Positions 9,645 through 19,379 of a stretch of DNA of 64,000 nucleotides are shown here, piece by piece. Source of the DNA: an uncultured delta proteobacterium. Its GTDB lineage: Bacteria; Desulfobacterota; Binatia; Binatales; Binataceae. Position 1 is the first letter of the stretch. Each line of letters starts with the position of its first letter. The notes below the pieces were generated by a model that did not search any database, was not told the DNA's origin, and worked only from the letters and a program-made list of their open reading frames with translations. A program made the position numbers and the translations under genes. The stretch is from positions 229,042-293,041 of the forward strand of contig CAVQAR010000024.1 in NCBI GenBank assembly GCA_963710425.1, read 5' to 3'.

Positions 9645-11960
9645 GTGGCAAAAAATCTCGTAATCGTCGAATCGCCCGCAAAGGCGAAAACCATAAAGCG
9701 CTATCTCGGTAGCGACTACCAGGTCATGCCCTCGGTCGGCCACGTCGTCGATCTGCCTAAAAGCAAGCTCGGCGTCGATATCGAGCACAATTTCGCGCCC
9801 GATTTCGTCACGATCAAGGGCAAAGAGAAGGTCCTCAGCGAGATCAAGGCCGCGGCGAAGGGCAAAGATAACGTCTATCTCGCCAGCGACCCCGACCGCG
9901 AAGGCGAGGCTATCGCGTGGCATATCTCCGAGCATCTCGGCAAGACCAAGTCCAAGGTCAGCCGCGTCCTGCTCCATGAAATCACGTCCGCCGCAGTCAA
10001 AGAGGCCGTCGCCAATCCGTCGAAGCTCGATCACCACCTGTTCGACGCCTACCAGGCGCGCCGCGTGCTCGATCGGCTGGTCGGATACAAGCTCAGCCCG
10101 CTGCTGTGGGACAAGGTCAAGCGCGGTATCAGCGCCGGCCGCGTCCAATCAGTCGCGCTCCGGATAATCGTTGACCGCGAGCGCGAGCGCGAAGCATTCC
10201 GCGCCGAAGAATACTGGACCCTCGACGCGCGCCTGTCAGGAAAAAATCCGCCGCCGTTCAAGGCGCGGCTCTACAGCTATAAAGACGATCGCATCGACAA
10301 CAAGGCCTACAAGCTGCCCGAAGCGCAGGCTCGCGAGATCATCGCGGCTGTCGAGAAAGCTCCTTTCACCGTAAAAACCGTCGAGCGCAAGGAAGTCCGC
10401 CGCAGTCCTGCGCCCCCGTTCATCACCTCGCGCCTCCAGCAGGAGGCCTCGCGCAAGCTCTACTACCAGCCGCGCCGCACGATGCAGATCGCGCAGAAGC
10501 TCTACGAGGGCGTCGAGCTGGGCGAGGAGGGCGCGGTCGGCCTTATCACTTATATGCGTACCGATTCGCCGCGCGTATCGGACCAGGCGCTCGAGAGCGT
10601 CCGCAACCATATCGCGACGCGCTACGGCAAGGAGTACATCCCCGATCAGCCGAACGCCTACAAGTCCGGCAAGCAGTCGCAGGGCGCCCACGAAGCGATT
10701 CGCCCGACCGCCGTCGAGCGCGACCCCGAATCGATCGCGCGCTACCTCGACAAGGACATGCTCGCGCTCTACACGCTCATCTATAACCGCTTCGTCTCGA
10801 GCCAGATGATGCCGGCGGTGTACGACCGCACCACCGTCGATATCGAATCGGCCGACGCAATTTTCCGCGCGACCGGCCAGGTGATGAAGTTCGACGGCTT
10901 CATGCGCGTGTATATCGAGGGTCAGGACGAGCCCGAGGACGAAGAGGGCACGCTGCCGATGCTCGACGAAGGCGAGAAGCTCACGCTGCTCGGCCTCGAT
11001 CCCGAGCAACATTTCACGCAGCCGCCGCCGCGCTACACGCAGGCCACCTTGATCAAAGTTCTCGAAGAGCAGGGCATCGGCCGCCCCTCGACCTACGCCG
11101 CGATCATGACCAGCATCCTGCGCGTCGAGTACGTCGAAGAAGACGAGAGCAAGCGGATGCGTCCGACGTCGCTCGGCCGGGTCGTCAACGACATGCTGGT
11201 CAAGGCGTTCCCCGACATTCTCGAATCCAGTTTCACCGCGCAGTTCGAAGAGGACCTCGACAAGGTTGAAGAGGGCACCGAGAACTGGGTCAAGACCATG
11301 AAGCGTTTCTACGGCCCGTTCGCCAAGGACCTGGCCGACGCGAAAAAGAAAATGCCCGAGGTCAAGCACAAGGGCCTCGCCACCGATCTCAAGTGCGAGC
11401 TCGACGGCGGCGACATGGTCATCAAATGGGGCCGCAATGGCGAGTTCCTCGCCTGCTCGAATTACCCCAAATGCACCAACACCGGCGAAATCGCGCGCGA
11501 CGACCAGGGCAACGTATCGCTGAAACCGTCCACGCCCGCGCCCACCGACGAAGTCTGCGAGAAATGCGGCAAGCCGATGGTCAAGCGCCGCTCACGCTTC
11601 GGCGAATTCCTCGGATGCTCCGGATATCCGGACTGCGACGGAATCAAGCGTCTGCAATCCGACCCGGTGAAGACCGGCGTCGCGTGCCCGGAATGCAAAG
11701 AGGGCGAAATCCTCGAACGTCGCAGCCGTCGCGGCAAAATTTTCTTCGGATGCGGCCGCTATCCGAAATGTAAGTTCGCAGCATGGAACAAAGTCGTCCT
11801 GCAGCCGTGCCCGTCATGCGGCGCGAACTACATGGTCGAGAAAGATTTGAAGCGCACCGGCGTCACCTGGCAATGCGCCAACAAGGAATGCGGCTACAAA
11901 GCGCCCGCCCCCGTCATCGCACAGCCAGAACCCGCCCCGGCCTCGACCCCGCCCGCGTAG
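9645..11960 (+). CDS. topA: DNA topoisomerase I
   Basis: LVIVESPAKAKTI, DPDREGEAI, SAGRVQS, ITYMRTDS, C-terminal zinc ribbons. Confidence 0.99.
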   Translation: MAKNLVIVESPAKAKTIKRYLGSDYQVMPSVGHVVDLPKSKLGVDIEHNFAPDFVTIKGKEKVLSEIKAAAKGKDNVYLASDPDREGEAIAWHISEHLGKTKSKVSRVLLHEITSAAVKEAVANPSKLDHHLFDAYQARRVLDRLVGYKLSPLLWDKVKRGISAGRVQSVALRIIVDREREREAFRAEEYWTLDARLSGKNPPPFKARLYSYKDDRIDNKAYKLPEAQAREIIAAVEKAPFTVKTVERKEVRRSPAPPFITSRLQQEASRKLYYQPRRTMQIAQKLYEGVELGEEGAVGLITYMRTDSPRVSDQALESVRNHIATRYGKEYIPDQPNAYKSGKQSQGAHEAIRPTAVERDPESIARYLDKDMLALYTLIYNRFVSSQMMPAVYDRTTVDIESADAIFRATGQVMKFDGFMRVYIEGQDEPEDEEGTLPMLDEGEKLTLLGLDPEQHFTQPPPRYTQATLIKVLEEQGIGRPSTYAAIMTSILRVEYVEEDESKRMRPTSLGRVVNDMLVKAFPDILESSFTAQFEEDLDKVEEGTENWVKTMKRFYGPFAKDLADAKKKMPEVKHKGLATDLKCELDGGDMVIKWGRNGEFLACSNYPKCTNTGEIARDDQGNVSLKPSTPAPTDEVCEKCGKPMVKRRSRFGEFLGCSGYPDCDGIKRLQSDPVKTGVACPECKEGEILERRSRRGKIFFGCGRYPKCKFAAWNKVVLQPCPSCGANYMVEKDLKRTGVTWQCANKECGYKAPAPVIAQPEPAPASTPPA

Positions 11961-11983
11961 CGCTCGCGGTTCGTTTTTTCACG

Positions 11984-12974
11984 GTGGCAGGTTCGGGCAA
12001 AACTCTCGATCGCATCTTGGCATCAGTGGGGCGGGCCGCCGTGCCCGCCCTCTTGATTTTGACTCTATCTGCAATGTTCGCCACCACCGCCCGCGCCGAA
12101 CCTCCCGTCGTCATAACCCCTCATCAAGAAGAAACCGATGCAGCCCTACGTCGCGCGCATCTACTTCGATGCGAAGGCAAAGGACGGCAGCGATTCCTAT
12201 TACGAGATTCTGAAAAACGACAAACCCGTTTACGTGCAGAAGGCAACGCGCAAGGGCGAGAAGTTTTTCATCGGCACGATGTACAAAGACGATCCCGACG
12301 CGACCCTGGTCAAAATGGGGATGGACATCACCGGCGACGGGCAGCCGGACCTGGTCATCTCGGAATGGCTCGGCGGCGCGAATTGCTGCCTGACGCTTCA
12401 TATCTTCGAACTCGGCCCGACCTTCAAAAAACTCGGCACCATCGACGCCGGCTACGGCGACTCAGGCCCGCACTTTTTGAGTCCGCCCAAGGACTCGAAG
12501 GCCACCGGCGACGCGGTTCAGATTCACGACTGGACCTTTGCCAACTGGAACGCCGATTTCGCCGACTCGCCGGCGCCCAAAGTTATCCTGCGGTACAGCG
12601 ACAACGCCTACCGCATCGCGCCCGACCTGATGCGCGCGCCGCCGCCCTCTCCCACCGACCTCGCAACCCGCGCCAGCACAGTCAAGAACTACCCGCCGAG
12701 CGCCAAAGGCGGCGAATGGCCTCACGCACAAGTCTCCCCAGACCTCTGGAGCACAATGCTAGATCTGATCTACAGCGGCCACGCCGACGAAGCCTGGAAG
12801 TTCCTAGACGAAGCCTGGCCCCCGAAGATCACCGGCAAAGAAAAATTCGCGCGCGACTTCCGCACCCAACTATCCAAGAGCAAATACTGGCCCGCAGTAG
12901 AAGCAATGAATTCCGCCACAAAACCCCCAGCAAGCGCACAATCAGCAAGCCCGTCCTCCACCGCCACAAAGTAA
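11984..12974 (+). CDS. Secreted hypothetical protein; apparent frameshift near 12120; start uncertain
   Basis: Signal-peptide-like ...LLILTLSAMFATTARA|EP in one frame, continuing as ORF 12138-12974 (DITGDGQPDLV, GGANCC). Confidence 0.6.
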
Positions 12975-13006
12975 CCGCCCTGCTAGCGCCGCTGTCGCTC
13001 CTTATC

Positions 13007-13048
13007 TGGTTCCCCTTCCCGCGCGGGAAGGGGTTAGGGGTTAGGTTC
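13007..13048 (+). repeat. Family-A repeat, left arm of the perfect 42-bp inverted pair around DUF559
   Basis: TGGTTCCCCTTCCCGCGCGGGAAGGGGTTAGGGGTTAGGTTC. Confidence 0.95.
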
Positions 13049-13424
13049 CTAAGGTCTTCACCAGCGCCTGCCTGACAAGCTCGATCACCGCCTCGCTGTC
13101 GAGCATGGCTTCATTGGAAATCCTGATAACCCGCACTCCGATGCTCGAGATCGCTTTGTCACGCGACTCGTCATACTTCCACTGCTCTTGATGCACGCCG
13201 CCATCAAGTTCGATCGCAAGCTTGGCGGTATCGCAGTAGAAATCGACGACGTACCCTTCAACTATCTGCTGACGGCGGAAATGAAATCCTTCGACTCCGT
13301 TTCGCCGAAGACACTTCCAGAGAATGCGCTCGGCCGGGGTCATTTCGCGGCGCAATTGTTTGGCGAAAGACAGCTTGTCGGCCTGAACGCCTTGGACGCG
13401 AGTTATTTTACTGCCATGTGTCAT
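13041..13424 (-). CDS. DUF559 / Vsr-like endonuclease-domain protein (127 aa)
   Basis: AKQLRREMTPAERILW, FRRQ, YVVDFYC, IELDGGVH, D..RD, GVRVIRISN. Confidence 0.92.
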   Translation of the reverse strand: MTHGSKITRVQGVQADKLSFAKQLRREMTPAERILWKCLRRNGVEGFHFRRQQIVEGYVVDFYCDTAKLAIELDGGVHQEQWKYDESRDKAISSIGVRVIRISNEAMLDSEAVIELVRQALVKTLGT

Positions 13425-13445
13425 AAGCTGGTTGCTGCTGCCGAA

Positions 13446-13487
13446 GAACCTAACCCCTAACCCCTTCCCGCGCGGGAAGGGGAACCA
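13446..13487 (-). repeat. Family-A repeat, right arm of the inverted pair around DUF559
   Basis: Exact reverse complement of 13007-13048. Confidence 0.95.
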
Positions 13488-13545
13488 AAGACAGTCGCAC
13501 TCTGTCTCCCGCCTTCCCAAGGGAAAACTTATTGTAACTCTACAC

Positions 13546-14802
13546 CTAGGACACCTTCATCTTCACCGCCATCTCCTCAATCCTCCTCCGAATAAATCTC
13601 CGCTCAGGCGCACTCCCCACCCGCGCCAGCGCCGCGCGATACGACTCCGCCGCCTCCGCCCATCGCCCGAGCCGCCGCAATAAATCCGCGCGCGCCGACC
13701 ACATCAGGTAGTAATCTCGGAGCTCGCCACTAGCCGCGAGCGCATCGATCAATTCGAGTCCCACCGCCGGACCTTCAGCCATCGCAACTGCTACTGCTCG
13801 ATTCAACTCGATCACCGGCGACGGCCGTATCGCGTTAAGCCGCCGGTAAAGCTCCGCGATCGCGCGCCAGTCGGTCGCGGATGCGCTCTTCGCTCGCGAA
13901 TGAACCGCCGCAATCGCCGACTGAATCGCATACGGCCCGTTCGCATCCGCGTTGATTGCCGCCTCCGAATGAGCCAGCCCCTCGGCAATCTGCGCCCGAT
14001 CCCAACGCGCGCGATCCTGCTCCTCGAGCAACACGATCTCGCCGCGCTCGTCGATTCGCGTATCGCGCCGCGCGTCATGCAGCAGCATCATCGCGAGCAA
14101 TCCGCGCGGCTCCGGCTCGGTCGGCATCAGCGCTACCAGCATACGCGCGAGCCGAATCGCCTCCGCGCACAGGTCGGTTCTGAGCAGCCGCTCGCCTGAA
14201 CTCGCCGCGTAACCTTCGTTGAAGACCAGGTAGATAACCGCCATCACCGCGTCGAGCCGCTCCGCCAGCAACTCCGCCGACGGCACCTCGTACGGAATCC
14301 GCGCCGCGCGAATCTTGCGCTTGGCGCGCACCAGCCGTTGCGCCATCGTCGCCGGCGCCGTGAGGAACGCGCGCGCGATTTCCTCGGTCGTCAGCCCGCA
14401 CAGCGTGCGCAACGACAGCGCGACGCGCGCGTCGTCGGCCAGCGCCGGATGACAGCACGTGAAGATCAGCCGCAGCCGCTCGTCAGGCAGCGCACCCGCC
14501 CCGTCGATCTCTTCATCGTCGCCGCCAGCCTCAGCCATGCGGATCAGCTCCTCGCGGCGATCGTTGAAGCGAGTTTGTTTGCGTATTCGATCGATCGCCT
14601 TGTGCCGCGCGACGCCGATAATCCACGCGCGCGGATTCTCCGGCAGCCCGTCGCGATCCCACTGTTCGACCGCGCTCGCAAACGCCTCCTGCGCCGCGTC
14701 TTCCGCGAGATCGAAGTCGCCGAGCACGCGAATGAGCGTGGCGAGTATTCGCCCGAACTCCTCGCGATAGAAACGCTCGATACCGGCGGCAGTGTTGTCC
14801 AT
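13546..14802 (-). CDS. ECF sigma factor, ECF42-like, with C-terminal TPR extension
   Basis: [51 protein letters not shown]; adjacent to DGPF genes. Confidence 0.92.
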   Translation of the reverse strand: MDNTAAGIERFYREEFGRILATLIRVLGDFDLAEDAAQEAFASAVEQWDRDGLPENPRAWIIGVARHKAIDRIRKQTRFNDRREELIRMAEAGGDDEEIDGAGALPDERLRLIFTCCHPALADDARVALSLRTLCGLTTEEIARAFLTAPATMAQRLVRAKRKIRAARIPYEVPSAELLAERLDAVMAVIYLVFNEGYAASSGERLLRTDLCAEAIRLARMLVALMPTEPEPRGLLAMMLLHDARRDTRIDERGEIVLLEEQDRARWDRAQIAEGLAHSEAAINADANGPYAIQSAIAAVHSRAKSASATDWRAIAELYRRLNAIRPSPVIELNRAVAVAMAEGPAVGLELIDALAASGELRDYYLMWSARADLLRRLGRWAEAAESYRAALARVGSAPERRFIRRRIEEMAVKMKVS

Positions 14803-14899
14803 CGGCAAATGTAAAACCGTCCGATGGCAGGCTAGCCGCCCGCCGCCCATGCCGCTACCGGCTAAGCGGATAATGGGGCGGGCCGCCGTGCCCGCAGAC

Positions 14900-15688
14900 T
14901 CATTCGTGATAGACCCACCAGCATCCCTCGACCGGCCTGACTTCGATCGCATCGCCGTCACGCAGCGCCAGTTTGTTCGCCCACGTGATTGCCTCGTCGA
15001 TCGACGCGCACGCAATCAGGTTGAAGCCGCCGGCAACTTCCTTGGTCTCCGCGAACGGCCCGTCCGTCACCATCCGCCCGCCATTTTTCCATCGAATCGT
15101 CTTCGCCTGCTTCGAAACTTCCAGCCGCGCGCCCACCCACAACCCGGGTTCCTGATCGAGCATCGCGCGACTCGCGACGTATTCGGCGCCGACGCTTTGA
15201 TGCTGCCGCATAATCTTTGTCCGCTCGCTCTCCGGCAGACTAAGCGCCGCGCGTTCGTCCTCGACCGAAGTGAGCATGAAAATCTTCGACGCCAATTGCC
15301 CGCTAGTCTGCGAGATCCACCAGAACTCGCGAATCGGCCGCACTTCCATGACGAGACTCTCATGCGCACCCGGATATTTCGCGTACTCGATCGCCTCTTC
15401 GAGCGACTCGAAATCGATTATGTCGAACCCTCCGACCAGCTCCTTCGTCTCAGGGAACGGCCCATCGATCCGCAGATGCTCGCCGCCGCGATTCTTCACC
15501 GTGACCGTCTCGCGCTCGCGCCCGAGCCCCACAGAAACGCTTATCAGCCCACTCCTTCCGCTGCGCAGGCGCGAACGCAGCAGTTCGTCGAGTTTCTGCT
15601 GATGGAACCGGACGCGCCGATTTATTTCCTCGGCGTCGATACTTTCCGACTCTCCGCGCATCTCTCCGCCCGTGAGCATGTACTTCAT
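14900..15688 (-). CDS. Tandem two-domain YCII/DGPF protein
   Basis: Two DGPF(P/A)ETKE..GG motifs, each followed by EVRP. Confidence 0.85.
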   Translation of the reverse strand: MKYMLTGGEMRGESESIDAEEINRRVRFHQQKLDELLRSRLRSGRSGLISVSVGLGRERETVTVKNRGGEHLRIDGPFPETKELVGGFDIIDFESLEEAIEYAKYPGAHESLVMEVRPIREFWWISQTSGQLASKIFMLTSVEDERAALSLPESERTKIMRQHQSVGAEYVASRAMLDQEPGLWVGARLEVSKQAKTIRWKNGGRMVTDGPFAETKEVAGGFNLIACASIDEAITWANKLALRDGDAIEVRPVEGCWWVYHE

Positions 15689-15710
15689 CGCGATTCCCCT
15701 CGCGCGCCGG

Positions 15711-16064
15711 CTACATATTGATCTTCATCACCGGCCGCACTTCGGTCGATCCGTACTTCGACGACGGAATCCGCGCCGCAATCGAAATCGCCTCGTCGAT
15801 ATCTTTCGCCTCGACCAGCACGTATCCGCCCAACTGCTCCTTGGTCTCCGCGAACGGCCCATCCGTGACCATCGTTTTGCCATCGCGCACGCGGACAGTC
15901 GCCGCCGTTTTGGTAAAATCGAGCGGCCCGCCCGCCTTCCGATGCCCACTCTTCACGACACTCTGCGTAAACGCCGCAAACTCCGAGAAAATTTGCTGCT
16001 TCTCGTTCTCCGACCGCCCCAACGCCTCTTTCTCGTTGTGATAAATCAACAGCATGTATTCCAT
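15711..16064 (-). CDS. YCII/DGPF protein
   Basis: [15 protein letters not shown]...EVRP. Confidence 0.92.
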   Translation of the reverse strand: MEYMLLIYHNEKEALGRSENEKQQIFSEFAAFTQSVVKSGHRKAGGPLDFTKTAATVRVRDGKTMVTDGPFAETKEQLGGYVLVEAKDIDEAISIAARIPSSKYGSTEVRPVMKINM

Positions 16065-16091
16065 GGCGTTCTCCAAAATATCCAAAAATCC

Positions 16092-16132
16092 GGTTCCCCT
16101 TCCCGCGCGGGAAGGGGTTAGGGGTTAGGTTC
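16092..16132 (+). repeat. Family-A repeat, identical to the DUF559 arms
   Basis: GGTTCCCCTTCCCGCGCGGGAAGGGGTTAGGGGTTAGGTTC between two DGPF genes. Confidence 0.95.
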
Positions 16133-16144
16133 CCCAGCTTCGCG

Positions 16145-16498
16145 CTACATATTGATCTTCATAATTGGCCGCACTTCGATCGACCCGTGCTTCGCCCCCG
16201 GAATCCGCGCCGCAATCGAAATCGCCTCATCGAGATCCTTCGCCTCGACGATGTAATATCCACCAAGCTGCTCCTTGGTCTCCGCGAACGGCCCGTCAGT
16301 CACCACCGTCTTGCCATTGCGCACGCGCACCGTAGTCGCCGTCGTGGACTGCTCGAGCGGCGCCCCTCCCTTATTTTTTCCGCTCTTCGTCAGGTCCTGC
16401 GTAAAGGTGTGATACTCCTGGAAAATCTGATGTCCCTCCGCAGGCGACATCTTCTTTCCATCCGCCTCGCTGCTGTAAATCAAAAGCATGTATTCCAT
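16145..16498 (-). CDS. YCII/DGPF protein
   Basis: [15 protein letters not shown]...EVRP; AAGGAG SD; paralog of 15711-16064. Confidence 0.92.
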   Translation of the reverse strand: MEYMLLIYSSEADGKKMSPAEGHQIFQEYHTFTQDLTKSGKNKGGAPLEQSTTATTVRVRNGKTVVTDGPFAETKEQLGGYYIVEAKDLDEAISIAARIPGAKHGSIEVRPIMKINM

Positions 16499-16549
16499 AC
16501 ACGTATCTCCTTGATGCCCGGTTTGGGTTTCAACTCTTTCACTTATGTA

Positions 16550-16577
16550 GTCGAACAGCCCACAGGCCAGATCGACA
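16550..16577 (-). promoter_or_regulatory. Putative ECF42-dependent promoter
   Basis: The minus strand reads TGTCGA-N18-CGAC about 50 bp upstream of the first DGPF gene, resembling the ECF42 consensus (TGTCGA / CGA/TC). Confidence 0.7.
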
Positions 16578-16595
16578 GCTATGTAAAATAACATC

Positions 16596-16635
16596 TGTTC
16601 CCCTCTCCAGAAGGGAGAGGGGCTAGGGGAGAGGT
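16596..16635 (+). repeat. Family-A variant B repeat (other copies at 17642-17682, 25526-25566, 26867-26906, and 48301-48338 on the minus strand)
   Basis: GTTCCCCTCTCCAGAAGGGAGAGGGG(C/T)TAGGGGAGAGG recurring. Confidence 0.9.
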
Positions 16636-16662
16636 GATCGCAAGCTCTACAATTTTGGAATC

Positions 16663-17487
16663 TTAAGGACCGACTCCCCCAGGTTGCAGCCACGTCTGCG
16701 CCGCCAGGTATTCCTGAACTTGCGCGATGTAGTCCAGCGCCCCCGAATCGAACCAATGCCCCGAGTACCACCATCCGACGCATCCCCACATCATTTCTTC
16801 AGGACTGCCCTCGGGATAGGCGGGGTGTCCGTAGGACGGCGTATCGGACGCCAGGTATGCGATTTTTCCCTCGAAACACGCGCGCTGCTGCGCCAGCTTG
16901 TAGTCCGCCGCAAACGCAGTGCTGAGATACGAATAGCAATCCGGATTCGTAACATCCGCAGCATTCTGGCTCGTCGCTACCGACTTACAGGTGGACGGGT
17001 AATCGCTTGATTTGATTTGCAGGATTCCCAGGCTCATCCCGTTGCCAATATCGCCTATCTCGGTCTGTCTCCAATGAGTCTCGTTGACCGCGGTGGCTCG
17101 CGTCACGTTCTCGTCGAAGCCCCACTTGCATGAAGCCCACTTGAGAATCGCGTCGGTGGTACCGGTAAACTTCCCATCGACGCGCATCAGGTAACTCCCC
17201 GGCGCGCCGCCTTCGCCTGCGGCTGCTTCAGACTTGTACGTCGCGAGGTCGGAAGCGCTCGGCATGAACTCGTTCTCCGGCGAGTTCTTAGGCACCGGCT
17301 CAAACGCATCGCCCGAAGCGCCCGCCGCGCACGTTTTATCTGACGGTAGCTTCGATCCCGCCGCCAACAATGAATACTGATGCTCCCCAGCCGAAGACCG
17401 GCCCATCGCAACCGCAATCGCGATCGCGCAAACCCCGAGCTTGGCGGCGTTCGAGATCCCGTGCCAACTTCCACGATCCCATCTCAT
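16663..17487 (-). CDS. Secreted lysozyme-like / lytic transglycosylase-like protein
   Basis: Signal peptide; RATAVNETHW (candidate catalytic Glu) and SLGILQIK resemble SLT motifs I and II; six Cys in the mature part. Confidence 0.55.
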   Translation of the reverse strand: MRWDRGSWHGISNAAKLGVCAIAIAVAMGRSSAGEHQYSLLAAGSKLPSDKTCAAGASGDAFEPVPKNSPENEFMPSASDLATYKSEAAAGEGGAPGSYLMRVDGKFTGTTDAILKWASCKWGFDENVTRATAVNETHWRQTEIGDIGNGMSLGILQIKSSDYPSTCKSVATSQNAADVTNPDCYSYLSTAFAADYKLAQQRACFEGKIAYLASDTPSYGHPAYPEGSPEEMMWGCVGWWYSGHWFDSGALDYIAQVQEYLAAQTWLQPGGVGP

Positions 17488-17734
17488 TTTAGAGTCATCC
17501 TTACAACAATTCTTTCGAGGTCAGTGGGGTTCTTCGATCGGCTCAGCGCACGCCCCCGTTAGACGATTTGAAACGAAATGAAATTCGCGCCTCAGGTCAC
17601 CGGGGCCGCGAATTATTGAAAGGATTACAGCCCGAAAATTCTGGTTCCCCTCTCCAGAAGGGAGAGGGGCTAGGGGAGAGGTCGTTTACACCAACATCAA
17701 AAACCGCCACGATCACCTTCGCCCCATCTACGCC

Positions 17735-19086
17735 ATGAACGATCCACAAGTAACCGTCGTCGGAGCCGGACTCGCCGGCAGCGAAGCCGCATGGCAACTC
17801 GCGCGCCGACGCATCCGCGTCCGTCTCATCGAGATGCGCCCGGTCAAAATGACCGAAGCTCACCGTACTTCTGACTTCGCGGAACTCGTCTGCTCGAATT
17901 CGCTGCGCAACGATTCGATAGACACCGCGGTCGGCGTCCTCAAACAAGAAATGCGCCGCCTCGACTCGCTCGTTATCGCGTCCGCCGATCGCGCGCGCGT
18001 CCCCGCCGGCTCCGCCCTCGCCGTCGATCGCAATGACTTCTCTCGCAGTATCACCGCCGCCCTCGAAGCACATCCGATGGTCGAAATTGCGCGCGCCGAA
18101 GCATGTGAGATTCCGCGCGGTCTGACAATTCTCGCCACCGGTCCGCTGACCAGTCCTGCGCTCGGCGAGTCGCTGAATAATCTGATCGGTCCGCGCAACT
18201 TGTATTTCTACGACGCGATCGCGCCCATCGTCGCCCGCGATTCCGTCGACATGAGCGTCGCCTTCATGGCCTCGCGCTACGGCAAGGGCGGCGACGACTA
18301 CATCAACTGCCCGATGACCGAGATTCAGTACGAACGAGTTCATCGCCGCGGTGATGGCGTGCTGAAAAGATCGAACTGCACCCATTTGAAAAACCGGTCT
18401 ATTTCGAAGGATGCATGCCGATCGAGGAGATGGCGCGACGTGGCCCGATGACCCTCGCCTTCGGCCCGATGCGCCCGGTCGGGCTCTCAGAGCCACGCAG
18501 CGGCCGCCGGCCCTTTGCCGTAGTGCAGCTCAGACAGGACGACGCCGCTGCCCATCTCTACAACATGGTCGGCTTCCAGACCAAGATGACCTATCCCGAT
18601 CAGCGCCGCGTGCTGCGAATGATTCCCGGCCTCGAGCACGCCGAGTTCGTCCGCCTCGGCTCGATCCATCGCAACACCTTCGTCGATTCGCCGCGCCTGC
18701 TCCGCCCGACGCTCCAACTCAAAACCCGCGACGATCTGTTTCTCAGCGGCCAGATGGTCGGGGTCGAAGGCTACGTCGAATCCGCGTCCGCCGGATTGCT
18801 CGCCGGAATCAACGCCGCGAACCTCCTGATGAATCGCGAACTCGTCGTGCCGCCGCCCGAGACCGCGCTCGGCTCATTGATTGCCTACATCACCGATTCA
18901 ACTCGCCGCGATTTTCAGCCGATGAACGCGAACTACGGCTTGATGCCCGACTTGAAAATCCGCGCGCGCGGTCGCGAGAAAAAAGTCGAGATGGGCATTC
19001 GCGCGCTCTCGGCTATCGACGATTGGATCCAGCGCGAACAGATCGGACCGCCTGCATCTATGGCGTTGTCCGAAGTTCGGCTATAG
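17735..19086 (+). CDS. trmFO: tRNA (uracil-5)-methyltransferase TrmFO; apparent frameshifts about 18335-18365
   Basis: [57 protein letters not shown]. Confidence 0.95.
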
Positions 19087-19109
19087 AAAATCGCTAGGAG
19101 GTCCCGTCG

Positions 19110-19379
19110 ATGACCAAAGCGGAATTGATTGATACCATCGCGCGGTCCACCGATCAGCCGAAAAAGCAGGTCACCGCCACCCTGGACCTTGCCTTCGAAC
19201 AAATCGCGCGCGCGATTCGCAAGGACAAGCGCTTCTGGGTCCCCGGCTTCGGCACCTTCTCCGTGCGCAAACGCAAACCGCGCGCCGGATTCAATCCGCG
19301 CACCAACGCGCCGATGACTATCCCGGCGTCACGCACAGTAGGCTTTCGTCCCGCGCCGCAGCTAAGGAAAGGTCTCTGA
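19110..19379 (+). CDS. hup: HU-family DNA-binding protein
   Basis: MTKAELID, GFGTFSVR, GFNPRT, VGFRP. Confidence 0.92.
   Translation: MTKAELIDTIARSTDQPKKQVTATLDLAFEQIARAIRKDKRFWVPGFGTFSVRKRKPRAGFNPRTNAPMTIPASRTVGFRPAPQLRKGL

Noticed and set aside
13007-13487. Classical insertion sequence
   Set aside because: No DDE, HUH or serine transposase, no target-site duplication, only 481 bp; retained as a non-classical candidate instead.
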